Below, in pieces: positions 44,424-55,149 of a stretch of DNA of 64,000 nt (position 1 is its first letter; the number at the start of each line of letters is the position of its first letter). The stretch spans positions 352,001 to 416,000 of the forward strand of contig CAVTET010000004.1 of the NCBI GenBank assembly GCA_963733675.1, read 5' to 3'. The notes beneath the pieces were generated by a model, which worked only from the letters and a program-made list of their open reading frames with translations, was not told the DNA's origin and ran no database searches. The position numbers were made by a program, and so were the translations under genes. Source of the DNA: an uncultured Methanosarcinaceae archaeon (GTDB lineage Archaea; Halobacteriota; Methanosarcinia; Methanosarcinales; Methanosarcinaceae).

Positions 44424-45095
44424 TCAGATAGTCTCAATATATATTCCGTTTAATTTGATTCGCTCAGCCGTAGTAAGATAAACTACACTCTCACAGATAT
44501 TACAGCAGTGATCAGCAATTTTTTCAATGTACCGAATCAGAAAAAGTAAATATGTAGTCCTGGAAATGATGCTCGTATCTTTTGCCATCATTTTTATTAA
44601 TTCAACCCAGATTACGTAAAAGAGCTGGTCTATATCATCATCTCGAGCTGCCGTCGCTTTTGCGAGTTCAGTGTCTTGGTTCTCAAAAGCCTTCAGGGAA
44701 TTCTTAAGCATATATGTTGCAATGTCTGACATTCTTTTAATTTCCATGAGATATCTTACATGCTCACCTTCGATTTTTCCGGGAACCTGAGCAATATTGA
44801 TTGATAGTTCACTAATCTTCTTGAGCTCTGCTGAAATCTTGAGAGCAGATATGACTAGCCGAAGATCGCCAGCTATAGGCTGTTGAAGCGCAAGCAGATC
44901 CGAAATAGAAACCTCAATTCCTTCCTCATATTTATCCATTTTTGCAGCAAGGACAAACACTCTTTTAGCGACTTTGATATCCAAATCTATAAATGCATCT
45001 ATAGAATCGCAGAAGATAAGTTCAACCATCTTTCCAAATGAAATTACTGATTCTTTGAGTAAATCCAGTTGCCTTAAATATTGTTCTCGAACCAT
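44424..45095 (-). CDS. phoU: PhoU-family protein
   Basis: LALQQPIAGDLR, RDDDIDQLF and EKIADHCCNICE motifs. Confidence 0.9.
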   Translation of the reverse strand: MVREQYLRQLDLLKESVISFGKMVELIFCDSIDAFIDLDIKVAKRVFVLAAKMDKYEEGIEVSISDLLALQQPIAGDLRLVISALKISAELKKISELSINIAQVPGKIEGEHVRYLMEIKRMSDIATYMLKNSLKAFENQDTELAKATAARDDDIDQLFYVIWVELIKMMAKDTSIISRTTYLLFLIRYIEKIADHCCNICESVVYLTTAERIKLNGIYIETI

Positions 45096-45262
45096 AATTC
45101 AATCACCCAAATCTATAGGTAACGTAAACCACTTAGGGATGGTCAAAACGGTTATATTAATTTTCGAAAAATAATTAACTCTGAAATCTAATTTAAATAA
45201 TTTATATCAATTGTTGTAAATCTTCAGTGATTAATTGGAGTAATTTCTAACAAAATCGTCTT

Positions 45263-46537
45263 TCATTCCGAGAAGTGAAGTGTTAGCTTCACTATATCTC
45301 GTTGACTGACAACTCCAACTATTTTATTATCATTATCTGTCACTGGAAGTGATCTGAAGCCATATCTAGAGAACATCTTTGTGGCTTTTCGAATGCTGCT
45401 TTCTTTCTTCAAGGTTATAACATTCTTATTCATAATATCTTTCAACAACGCCTGATTATCCGCTTGTAGAAGCTCCTTCACATCAATCACACCCAATAAC
45501 TTATTATCCTTATCAGTTACGTGGATGTACATTATTTCATCTTTGCCCTTTGCTCTTTTGGGATACGCATTCTCCACAGTCTCTACTGTTTCATCAGGCC
45601 GAGCTGTTAGATATCTCTCAGTTATGAGGTTGAGTATAGTATCCTGCCGCTTCTCAAGAATGGATTTTATCTTATCCAGATTTCCTTCTTCCATTAGCTT
45701 CATTACCGCCTTTTGTTCTTCCAAAATCAGCACCGACAGTACATCAGCTGCCTGGCCCGGCGTCATTCTATCGATCAAATCCGCAACCTTTTCCTTCTTC
45801 ATAGAGGAGATAATCTCCCTTTGCATATTCGGATTAATTTCCTCTAAGATATCAGATGCATGCTCTTCTTCGAGCTGATTGATGACAGTCAGCCTCTGCT
45901 CGTGATCCAATTCCTCCAAAATTCCCACGATATCCACAGGTGGTAAATCGTTCAGTTTCTCCTTTAATATCTTCAATTTAACATCGCCAGTAAAACTTCC
46001 AATATTGGAGGGCAGAGCTTGAACATAGGACCAGGGGATAAGTATATCCTTGCTTTTGTCACGTTCCATGTGAATAAAATTAGCAAATTTATCAAGACCT
46101 AGCTTTCGGAAACGCGCATCTTCAAATGGATCCACGTCAGTTATATAGAGTTTGTTTTTTCTCATAACCATTTTTATATCGTAGACTATCTCAACCTCAG
46201 TATCCTCTAGATCTAAAATCTTCTTATCCAAAATGAAATCTTTCAGAAGGATAAATCCTTCAGGTATTTTGCAGGCGAACCTTTCTACATCGTCAATATC
46301 TATAGTTATCTCCTTTTCACTGAATGCACTCACATTATTCCATGGTACCATCAATGAAGAATAACCAAAAGATCGACTTACTACAATATATGTGACCTCT
46401 GCCACCTTATCTTTTTCAATTATGATAAGATCCAAGAGCTTTCCTATTTTTTCGCTATTGAGAAGGACATTTGTCTTCATCACTTCACTCAAAAAAAAGA
46501 TTCTTTCAGGTTGGATGTTAGTGGATTCGTCTTTCAT
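45263..46537 (-). CDS. Soluble PRC-barrel / MgtE-N / CBS-pair protein (no MgtE membrane domain), copy 1
   Basis: LKDFILDKKILD, LNDLPPVDIVGILEEL, IMYIHVTDKDNKLLGVIDVKELL and LPVTDNDNKIVGVVS; no hydrophobic helices. Confidence 0.88.
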   Translation of the reverse strand: MKDESTNIQPERIFFLSEVMKTNVLLNSEKIGKLLDLIIIEKDKVAEVTYIVVSRSFGYSSLMVPWNNVSAFSEKEITIDIDDVERFACKIPEGFILLKDFILDKKILDLEDTEVEIVYDIKMVMRKNKLYITDVDPFEDARFRKLGLDKFANFIHMERDKSKDILIPWSYVQALPSNIGSFTGDVKLKILKEKLNDLPPVDIVGILEELDHEQRLTVINQLEEEHASDILEEINPNMQREIISSMKKEKVADLIDRMTPGQAADVLSVLILEEQKAVMKLMEEGNLDKIKSILEKRQDTILNLITERYLTARPDETVETVENAYPKRAKGKDEIMYIHVTDKDNKLLGVIDVKELLQADNQALLKDIMNKNVITLKKESSIRKATKMFSRYGFRSLPVTDNDNKIVGVVSQRDIVKLTLHFSE

Positions 46538-46574
46538 GCACCTGTCTCCCACTTACCTCACCATAGTATGGAAT

Positions 46575-46811
46575 TTATAACTTAATATAATCTTCCAATA
46601 TTATTAAATGATGTCTACGGGCGATGAGTAAAAACCTGACCAAAGGCGTCATCTTCAATCGTGGCTTGCTGTACTTCCTGCTGATATATTGTACGGTTTT
46701 TTTTTCATCATCTTTTACCAAATAACTATTCCTTCCCTTCTCGGATGTGTCATCGACATAGCCTATCATATTCCTAGTCTCCTGATCGTTTTCCATGTTT
46801 TCTCCGCTCAT
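46575..46811 (-). pseudogene. Small operon protein, copy 1, TM helix destroyed
   Basis: Shares KYSKPRLKMTPLVRF with 51030-51242 but then reads RHHLIILEDYIKL instead of the hydrophobic tail. Confidence 0.55.
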
Positions 46812-48082
46812 TTAAATCTTTCCGGGAAGATCACACTTAAGGCATAGAGCGTAGAGACAATGATTATAACGAATACAATTAAAAAACCCCAAATATTTTG
46901 CATTAAGGTATTCTTATATTTCCCCATCATCTCTTCATTGTTGAGCAGAAGCAGCAGAAAAACCAGAGCTGCAGGAAGAAGAGCAACAGTTATAACCTGC
47001 ACGAAAAGAGTTATCAGCACTAATGGAGCTCCTGGGGTTGTTACAACCAAGCCCGCAAAGATCAAGCTCAGGAAATAAAAGGCATAGAACATAGGGGCTT
47101 CTGAAACCTTGTTGTTGATGGAATGAGCCCATCCAAAAACCTCGCCCATAGCCCATGAGCTTGCCAATGATATGCATATAGCTCCAAGAAGTCCGGCATC
47201 GAAGAATCCGATGGCAAGAGCAGAACCAACTAGTGGGTAGCTGTCCATGATCGCAATTGCAGCTTGAGCAGCACTTTCTATATCTATTCCACCGGGCTTG
47301 AAAAGCAACATGCCTGTAAGAATTACGCAGAAAATTGCAACTACTACTGTAAAGAATGCACCAACTGCAGTATCGAATTTTCCAAAGGGAATATCTTTCT
47401 CAGTCATACCCTTATCGACTACAGAACTCTGCTGGAAGAATATCATCCAGGGAGCTATTATAGTCCCTATATTCGCCATGAAAATGAAAAAAAAATCACC
47501 TGTGAAACCGTTGATAGGAATACTTGGAATCAAACCTTTAGTGACATCGTTAAAATTGGGATGAATAAGCAGAATCGCAGGAATATAGATCAGGTTGAGT
47601 CCGCAGAAAAAGAGTACTATCTTTTCCCATGTCCAGTATCTCCCGTGAACAAATATGGAGATCATCAAGATGGAGACACCAATTATCGTCAATATAGGCG
47701 GCACGCCAAATATCTTTAAAGCAGCGGTCATTCCTATGAACTCAGTTACCATTGTAAGAAAATTTAAAATGCCCATGTCTATTAACGAAAACCAGCCCCA
47801 AAACGAGCCAAAAGCATCGAATATAGCTTCTGCATGTCCTCGTTTGGTGACCGCACCTAGTCGCACAGTCATCTCCTGAACAACATATGCTACCGGGCCA
47901 AGTAGTACTAAAAGCCAGATTAAGTTGAAGCCGAATTTAGCGCCTGTTGCGGTATAGGTTGTGATACTACCTGCATCATTGTCCGCTACCATCACAATTA
48001 TACCTGGCCCAGCAAGTGCCAAATATAAACCTAGCCATTTTATAAATCGGCGATATTTGTAGTAATACCATGAACCTTCAAT
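46808..48082 (-). CDS. NRAMP-family divalent cation transporter, copy 1 (start ATG>ATT, DAGG>DAGS)
   Basis: GPGIIVMVADNDAG and ANIGT.IAPWM motifs. Codon 48080-48082 reads ATT where copy 2 has ATG; TTG 48022 is an alternative start. Confidence 0.8.
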   Translation of the reverse strand: MEGSWYYYKYRRFIKWLGLYLALAGPGIIVMVADNDAGSITTYTATGAKFGFNLIWLLVLLGPVAYVVQEMTVRLGAVTKRGHAEAIFDAFGSFWGWFSLIDMGILNFLTMVTEFIGMTAALKIFGVPPILTIIGVSILMISIFVHGRYWTWEKIVLFFCGLNLIYIPAILLIHPNFNDVTKGLIPSIPINGFTGDFFFIFMANIGTIIAPWMIFFQQSSVVDKGMTEKDIPFGKFDTAVGAFFTVVVAIFCVILTGMLLFKPGGIDIESAAQAAIAIMDSYPLVGSALAIGFFDAGLLGAICISLASSWAMGEVFGWAHSINNKVSEAPMFYAFYFLSLIFAGLVVTTPGAPLVLITLFVQVITVALLPAALVFLLLLLNNEEMMGKYKNTLMQNIWGFLIVFVIIIVSTLYALSVIFPERFK

Positions 48083-48287
48083 GATTAATCAGCTCCACAG
48101 TTTGATTTCCTACGGAACTATATGAATTTCATTTGTTACCTAGTTGCACTGAAAAACAATAATATTAAGCGCTTAATGATCTAAATCTCAATAATTATGA
48201 CATGGACATGGGATTTGTTTATCTGGTAATTCGAAATATTTGCCCAAAAACTCCAACCATGCGTTTTAACTTGTTTTTGCTATCTGA

Positions 48288-49160
48288 TTATCGGGAGTGT
48301 TGTAAGGATGGCTCAATATGTACAATTACATCAGAAATATCCTTATATTCTTCCCTCAGCTTTTTGCTGACCTGGTGAGAGATAATATGGGCATCTCTAA
48401 GAGACATATCAGATTGAACAAGTAGGTGCATATCGACCTTTATATCTCCTATGCTTCCACGTGTTCGAATTTTATGACAATCATTTACTCCATCCATTCT
48501 GATAATTAATTTCCGTATTTCCTTCTCTTCAATCCTGGACATATCTAGAAGGGATCTGGAGCCCTCTTTTATAATTTTGTACCCAGCCCTGAAAATTATA
48601 AAAGATATTATTAAAGAAACTATAGAGTCAATGATAGGAAAACCTAACTCGATAGCAGCCAGGCTTACTATGACCGAGAGAGAAGTATAAAGATCACTTT
48701 TCATATGTATAGAATCTGCTATAAGTACCTGACTTCTGAGAAATTGACCCTGTCTATACTCATATCTTGTAACTAGATAATTAATACACATTGTCCCAAA
48801 TACTATGAGGAAACTCACAGCAGTAACCTCGGGCTTGTTTGGGATCCGGAAATGATCGATAGCGTTTCGGAAAATTTCAAAGCTTACAAAGATTAGCATT
48901 AATGCAATAAAACCAGAGGCTATTGTTTCATATTTTCGGTGTCCATAAGGATGATCTCTGTCCGGTGGGTAAGATGCAATAAAATTTCCAGCCAAGCCTA
49001 CAATGTTGGAGATCCCATCAAAAAGAGAATGGTAGCCATCTGCAATCATGCTTAAAGCGCCGGTTTGAGTCCCATAAATAAGTTTTGCAAATGCTACTAC
49101 GAGATTTAGAATTAGTGCATAAATAAAAGCTCGCTGAATTTTTCTAAATTTTTCTAACAA
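48288..49160 (-). CDS. Cation diffusion facilitator (FieF-like)
   Basis: ADGYHSLFD, HPYGHRKYE, ADSIHMKSD and VIVHIEP motifs. Confidence 0.92.
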   Translation of the reverse strand: MLEKFRKIQRAFIYALILNLVVAFAKLIYGTQTGALSMIADGYHSLFDGISNIVGLAGNFIASYPPDRDHPYGHRKYETIASGFIALMLIFVSFEIFRNAIDHFRIPNKPEVTAVSFLIVFGTMCINYLVTRYEYRQGQFLRSQVLIADSIHMKSDLYTSLSVIVSLAAIELGFPIIDSIVSLIISFIIFRAGYKIIKEGSRSLLDMSRIEEKEIRKLIIRMDGVNDCHKIRTRGSIGDIKVDMHLLVQSDMSLRDAHIISHQVSKKLREEYKDISDVIVHIEPSLQHSR

Positions 49161-49561
49161 ATTTGGTACCTTTCAATGGAATTGTACAGAACTTGAATAC
49201 AACACAGTTAACAAAAGCTCAATGCAGATAAACTATTAGTAATAAATTATCAACAATATATTAATTCATCCTTTTGCTATTCACATTATTTATGTATATG
49301 TATCGTAGCCAGTTAGCTGGTTAAGATTTCTATCCTAATGTCGTGACAATTTAATTTTTTAGCATAACACTGGAACATTTTCTTGTCATCGTTAATCCTC
49401 ACAAATTTTCAGTCTATTCTCGTTTTGTGGTCATTTCTCCTACTCGTCCATGCAACCATTTCGTGAGTGAATGTCACCGTGTCAGCAAGTGTATGTCGAT
49501 ACAATAATTTCGGGTTTCCCTACGTTATTAACTGTAATAACTATGTCTGCGAACCTTATAG

Positions 49562-49648
49562 ATGATGGAAGCTAAGAAAATGGCTAAAAGCAACAGGGGA
49601 AAAAGAGACAAGAAAGTTGGAAGAAAGAAAACAGGACCCAATTTCTAA
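49562..49648 (+). CDS. Putative very small basic peptide
   Basis: (MMEAKK)MAKSNRGKRDKKVGRKKTGPNF*, followed by a T-rich tract. Confidence 0.3.
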   Translation: MMEAKKMAKSNRGKRDKKVGRKKTGPNF

Positions 49649-49736
49649 ACTTTCTTTTATTCCCTTAAAATTCTTATATATCAATTGCTGTAAATCTTCA
49701 GTGATTAATTGGAGTAATTTCTAACAAAATCGTCTT

Positions 49737-51014
49737 TCATTCCGAGAAGTGAAGTATTAGCTTCACTATATCTCGTTGACTGACAACTCCAACTACTTTA
49801 TTGTCATTATCCGTCACAGGAAGTGATCCGAAGCCAGATCTAAAGAACATCTTCGTGGCTTCTTCAATACTACTCTCTTTATCCAAGGTTATTACATTCT
49901 TATTCATGATGTCCTCCAAAAGTGCCTGACTATCTGCCTGAAGTAGCTCCTTTACATCAATCACACCCAATAGCTTATTATCCTTATCGGTTACGTGAAT
50001 GTACATTATTTCATCTTTACCCTTTGCTCTTTTGGGGTACGCATTCTTCACAGTCTCTACTGTTTCATCAGGCTGAGCTGTTAGATATCTTTCAGTTATG
50101 AGGTTGAGTATCGTATCCTGTCGCTTCTCAAGGATAGATATTATCTTATTGAGATTTTCTTCATCCATCAGTTCCATTATCGCTTCTTGATCCTCCAAAG
50201 TCAGGACAGACAGTACATCAGCTGCCTGACCCGGAGTCATCATATCAATCAAATCTGCAACCTTCTCTTTTTTCAAAGAAGAAATGATCTCCCTTTGCAT
50301 ATTTGGGCCAATTTCCTCTAAAGTATCAGATGCATGCTCTTCTTCGAGCTGATTGATAACAGTTAGCCTATGATCATGATCCAAATCCTCCAGAATTTTC
50401 ACAATATCCACAGGTGGCAGATCGTTCAGCTTCTCTTTCAGTATATTTAACTTTACATCTCCCTTAAAGCTTCCAATATTGGAGGGTAAAGCTTGGACGT
50501 ATGACCACGGAATAAGCTCGTCCTCACTTTTATCACTATACTTATGAATCAAATGAGTAAATTTATCAAGACCTAACCTTCGATAACGCGCATTTTTGGA
50601 GGGGTCTACATCAGTGATATAGAGTTTGTTTTTAATCATAACCATCTTGATATCGTAGATAATTTCAACCTCAGTATCCTCTAGATCTAAAATCTTTTTA
50701 TCCAGAATGTAATCCTTTAGAAGGATAAATCCCTCGGGAATTTGGTAGGCAAACTTTTCTACATCGTCGATATCTATAGTTACTTCCTTTTCATTGAATG
50801 AACTGACATTATTCCATGGTACTAATAATGAAGGATAGCCAAAAGGTCGACTTATTACGATGTATGTGACCCCTGCAGCCTTATGTTTTTCAAGTATGAT
50901 CAGGTCTCCAAGAGCTTTCCTATTTTTTTGCCGTTTAGGAGGACTTTAGCATTCATCACATCACTCAAAAAGAGGATGCTTTCAGGGTTTGTTGTTATTT
51001 GATTCATCTGTCAT
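49737..51014 (-). pseudogene. PRC / MgtE-N / CBS protein, copy 2, frameshifted near the 5' end
   Basis: ATG 51014 reads MTDESNNNKP* (extra base); second frameshift near 50910; the rest is open and colinear with copy 1. Confidence 0.82.
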
Positions 51015-51029
51015 ACATCTGCCTCCAGC

Positions 51030-51242
51030 TTACCTCACCATTGTGTAGAATTTATAACTTAATATGACCACCAACATTATTAGATAAAGTCTTAGAGCCA
51101 GGAGCGAAAACCTGACCAAGGGTGTCATCTTCAATCGTGGCTTGCTGTATTTTTTGTTTATATTGTATATTGCTTTTCTCCATCTTCTCACCACAGAGCT
51201 GATCCTTCCCTTCTCAGATATGTCATCAACGTAGTCTACCAT
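51030..51242 (-). CDS. Small single-TM membrane protein, copy 2
   Basis: KYSKPRLKMTPLVRFSLLALRLYLIMLVVILSYKF. Confidence 0.65.
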   Translation of the reverse strand: MVDYVDDISEKGRISSVVRRWRKAIYNINKKYSKPRLKMTPLVRFSLLALRLYLIMLVVILSYKFYTMVR

Positions 51243-51279
51243 ACTTATCTCTCCTGACCGTTTTCCTTGTTATCCACGT

Positions 51280-52554
51280 TCATTTAAACATCTCCGGGAA
51301 GATCACACTTAAGGCATAGAGCGTAGAGACAATAATTATAGTAAATACAATCAAAAAACCCCATACATTTTGCATTAAAGTATTCTTATATTTCCCCATC
51401 ATCTCTTCATTGTTTAGCAGAAGTAGCAGAAAAACCAGAGCTGCAGGAAGAAGAGTAACAGCTACCACCTGCACGAAAAGAGTTATCAGCACTAATGGAG
51501 CTCCTGGAGTTATTACAACCAAACCCGCAAACACCAAGCTCAGGAAATAAAAGGCATAGAACATAGGCGCCTCTGAGACTTTGTTGTTGATGGAATGGGC
51601 CCATCCAAAAACCTCGCCCATAGCCCATGAACTTGCCAATGATATACACATAGCACCAAGAAGTCCGGCATCGAAGAGTCCTATGGCAAGAGCAGAACCA
51701 ACGAGTGGGGAGCTGCCCATGATCGCAATTGCGGCTTCAGCAGCACTTTCTATATCTACTCCACCGGGCTTGAAGAGCAACGTGCCTGTGATAATTACAC
51801 ACGCAATTGCAACTACTACTGTAAAGAATGCACCAACTGCAGTATCGAATTTTCCAAAGGAAATATCTTTCTCAGTCATACCCTTATCGACTACAGAACT
51901 CTGCTGGAAGAATATCATCCAGGGGGCTATCGTAGTCCCTATATTCGCCATGAAAAAGAAGAAAAAATCGCCTGTGAAACCGCTGATAGGAATACTTGGA
52001 ATCAAACCTTTGATGACATCGCTAAAATTGGGGTGAATAAGCAGAATCGCAGGAATATAGATCAGGTTGAGTACGCAGAAAAGTAGTACTATCTTTTCCC
52101 ATGTCCAGTATCTCCCGTGAACAAATATGGAGATCATCAAGATGGAGACACCAATTATCGTCAATATAGGCGGCACGCCAAATATCTTTAAAGCAGCGGT
52201 CATTCCTATAAACTCAGTTACCATTGTAAGAAAATCCAAAATGCCCAAATCTATTAATGAGAACCAGCCCCAAAACGAGCCAAAAGCATCGAATATAGCT
52301 TCTGCGTGTCCTCGTTTGGTGACCGCGCCTAGTCGCACAGTCATTTCCTGAACAACATATGCTACTGGGCCAAGTAGTACTAAGAGCCAGATTAAGTTAA
52401 AGCCAAATTTGGCACCTGTTGCTGCATAGGTTGTGATACCCCCTGCATCATTATCCGCTACCATCACAATTATACCTGGTCCAGCAAGTGCCAAGTATAA
52501 ACCCAACCATTTTATAAACCTGCGATATTTGTAGTAATACCATGAACCTTCCAT
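51280..52554 (-). CDS. NRAMP-family divalent cation transporter, copy 2 (intact)
   Basis: GGAGGTGA RBS; ADNDAGGITTY and ANIGTTIAPWM motifs; multiple TM helices. Confidence 0.92.
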   Translation of the reverse strand: MEGSWYYYKYRRFIKWLGLYLALAGPGIIVMVADNDAGGITTYAATGAKFGFNLIWLLVLLGPVAYVVQEMTVRLGAVTKRGHAEAIFDAFGSFWGWFSLIDLGILDFLTMVTEFIGMTAALKIFGVPPILTIIGVSILMISIFVHGRYWTWEKIVLLFCVLNLIYIPAILLIHPNFSDVIKGLIPSIPISGFTGDFFFFFMANIGTTIAPWMIFFQQSSVVDKGMTEKDISFGKFDTAVGAFFTVVVAIACVIITGTLLFKPGGVDIESAAEAAIAIMGSSPLVGSALAIGLFDAGLLGAMCISLASSWAMGEVFGWAHSINNKVSEAPMFYAFYFLSLVFAGLVVITPGAPLVLITLFVQVVAVTLLPAALVFLLLLLNNEEMMGKYKNTLMQNVWGFLIVFTIIIVSTLYALSVIFPEMFK

Positions 52555-52603
52555 GATTATTCACCTCCATTGGAGACTTCATACAAAGATAGTATTCGCA
52601 ATT

Positions 52604-52832
52604 TTAGGACTTACGTACGGGATGGTTGAAATCATATACATTAGACGTCGTGGTCAAATTCGCTTTTCATACAATTCACGGTTTAATTGCAGCGCTACGA
52701 ATTTGCTTTAAATTCAAAGTTAAATTTTTGTATACTTTATTGATTAGATTCTTCAGATTTGTGATTTACAGCAAAATAGACACACTGTTGGTTTAATGCT
52801 ATTGGTTTTTAGTTCAATTGCATAAGTCCTAA
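52604..52832. mobile_element. MITE with TAGGACTTACG ends
   Basis: TTAGGACTTACGTA ... TGCATAAGTCCTAA. Isolated ends also near 4480, 21895 and 53355. Confidence 0.7.
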
Positions 52833-52852
52833 ATTTTAATACTCTCAGATTA

Positions 52853-52945
52853 TCGAAAATTTCGATAAATCTTTGATTTCAACAAATTTCTCATGTGTGC
52901 TTTATAAGCAACCAGCAAAAAATTTGGATTTACCTAAAATCTCGA
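52853..52945. mobile_element. Short MITE, AGAGGATTTC-end family (degenerate)
   Basis: TCGAAAATTTCGATAAATC ... GATTTACCTAAAATCTCGA; interior TTATAAGCAA shared with 21162-21253. Confidence 0.5.
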
Positions 52946-53399
52946 GTCTACGCTGTCGTAAAGGGCTAAAGATGTTATATACGTTTTCATTGACTATTTT
53001 TTATATATGTTATTATATTATAATTTGAGACTTTTTGATATCTTCTGGAATCATAGTGCATTTATGGCTCATAATATATTTGCTGAATATTACGTGATAT
53101 ATATATATTTTCGGCATATACTCTATATAGAAATATTTAAACTACTTAGTGTCAACTTATGTAATCCCATCCCACAAAACCATAACAGTAACCTTTTGAA
53201 ATGAATAAGTAACTGTGAGTAGCTTTTCTGTAGCTAAACAAGATAGACTCAGCAATAATAGGCAGGTTTAGAGATATAATTTGAGTCATTTTTAAACTAT
53301 ACACTAACCTAATTATATTTTAAATGATTTTAAATTTGTATTGACTTAAGTGCACAAGTCCTATTAAGGTGTTATTAATAATATTCGTTTAGATAATCC

Positions 53400-55124
53400 A
53401 TGCAGCGAGATTTTCATAAGTTCACACTTCGACGACCATTGCAGCATCCCTTTACCTGGGGTGATATGGTGGTATTGACAACTGTAATCGTCTTGATTTA
53501 TGTGGGTATACGTTTGGCTCTCACCGCTCCGGCAATAATTAAAGGACCAACTATTTCTCTTAATCCTAGCGCACTTCCCTTTTATGCAAGTCTGTCCATC
53601 ATACGAATGGTTATTGCTTACATACTTTCCATACTTTTTACCTCAGTCTATGGATATATCGCCGCCTATAATCGCAGTGCAGAGCGTGTATTAATACCAT
53701 TACTTGATATACTGCAAAGCGTACCCATCCTCTCATTTCTGCCAGTAGTCGTATTGAGCCTCAGTGTTTTTCTGCCACAGAGATTTGCAATAGAACTAGC
53801 ATCTATTATTTTGATTTTCACAAGTCAGGTATGGAACATGACATTTGCCTGGTATCAATCGCTTAAAACCATACCTATGGAGCTGCGTGAAGCAAGCAGT
53901 ATTTTCCGCTTCAATGGTTGGATGCGCTTTAAGACTCTGGAACTTCCCTTTGCTGCCATAAGTTTGATATGGAATAGTATGATGAGCTGGGCAGGAGGAT
54001 GGTTTTTCTTGATGGCTGCAGAGATATTCACAGCAGGTCAGCATGATTTCAGGCTGCCTGGATTAGGCAGCTACCTTAAGGAAGCAGCAAATGAGGGAGA
54101 TTCAGCATCTATAATTTTAGGAGTTGTCACCCTTGTTTTTGTTATCGTGGCTCTTGACCAATTTGTATGGCAACCATTATTAACATGGGCAGATCGATTT
54201 AAGCTGGAGACAGTTGAGGGTAGGGTATCACACACATCTTGGTTTTATGATGTGCTTCACAGTTCACACATTATTCGCTGGTTCAATCAAAGCACATTCT
54301 CTCCAACAATTGAGCAGATAGATAAAAAAATCCTCCATAGTTTTCCTATGACTGAACAATCCACAATGAAAAAAGTTAATCTAACATGGGTTGTGTACAT
54401 TTTAGAACTGGCAGGCTTTTTGGGGTTACTTTACGGAACTTATCTTACTGGGCAGATGCTGTTGAGAGTGCCGAGTGCCCAGTGGGGGCTCATAGGATTT
54501 GGGCTGATAGCTACGTTGCTACGTGTACTGGCAGCTCTGATTCTGTCTCTTCTTTGGACGGTGCCCGTGGGTGTAGCTATTGGCAGTAATGCACAATTAA
54601 CCTCTAAATTACAACCATTGATGCAGGTTATAGCCTCTGTGCCGGCTACAGCTTTATTTCCAATTATTGCAATTATCTTCATTAGCTTACCAGGAGGTCT
54701 TAATATGGCCGCTGTTTTGTTAATGCTGCTGGGCACCCAATGGTATCTTCTCTTCAACATTATTGCTGGTGCCACTGCAATCCCACAAGATTTGAAGGAT
54801 GCTGCCACAATGTTACAGCTGAATCGATTAACTCGCTGGCGCACTCTGATCTTGCCCTCTATATTTCCTTACATAATCACCGGAGCTATTACTTCAGCAG
54901 GTGGAGCCTGGAACGCTAGTATTATAGCAGAATATATACAATTTGGGGGAAAAACTTTTTCAATTAATGGTTTAGGTGCTCTTATTTCTGAGGCTACAGC
55001 AAATGGAGATTATCCTTTGCTACTGGCTGCAACACTTACCATGATTCTAACTGTTGTTATTATTAATGTCGCTATATGGCGTCGAATGTATCACATAGCT
55101 GAAGAAAAATACCATTTTGACTGA
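53400..55124 (+). CDS. ABC transporter permease, NitT/TauT family, two fused TM domains
   Basis: PLLDILQSVPILSFLP, QVWNMTF, SWAGGWFFL and GGAWNASIIAE motifs. Confidence 0.92.
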   Translation: MQRDFHKFTLRRPLQHPFTWGDMVVLTTVIVLIYVGIRLALTAPAIIKGPTISLNPSALPFYASLSIIRMVIAYILSILFTSVYGYIAAYNRSAERVLIPLLDILQSVPILSFLPVVVLSLSVFLPQRFAIELASIILIFTSQVWNMTFAWYQSLKTIPMELREASSIFRFNGWMRFKTLELPFAAISLIWNSMMSWAGGWFFLMAAEIFTAGQHDFRLPGLGSYLKEAANEGDSASIILGVVTLVFVIVALDQFVWQPLLTWADRFKLETVEGRVSHTSWFYDVLHSSHIIRWFNQSTFSPTIEQIDKKILHSFPMTEQSTMKKVNLTWVVYILELAGFLGLLYGTYLTGQMLLRVPSAQWGLIGFGLIATLLRVLAALILSLLWTVPVGVAIGSNAQLTSKLQPLMQVIASVPATALFPIIAIIFISLPGGLNMAAVLLMLLGTQWYLLFNIIAGATAIPQDLKDAATMLQLNRLTRWRTLILPSIFPYIITGAITSAGGAWNASIIAEYIQFGGKTFSINGLGALISEATANGDYPLLLAATLTMILTVVIINVAIWRRMYHIAEEKYHFD

Positions 55125-55149
55125 TTAGGATAAGGAGTGATCCAGATAT

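Noticed and set aside
52555-53400. M-box or other metal riboswitch upstream of the NRAMP and ABC operons
   Set aside because: The region is AT-rich and occupied by MITEs; no recognisable aptamer.
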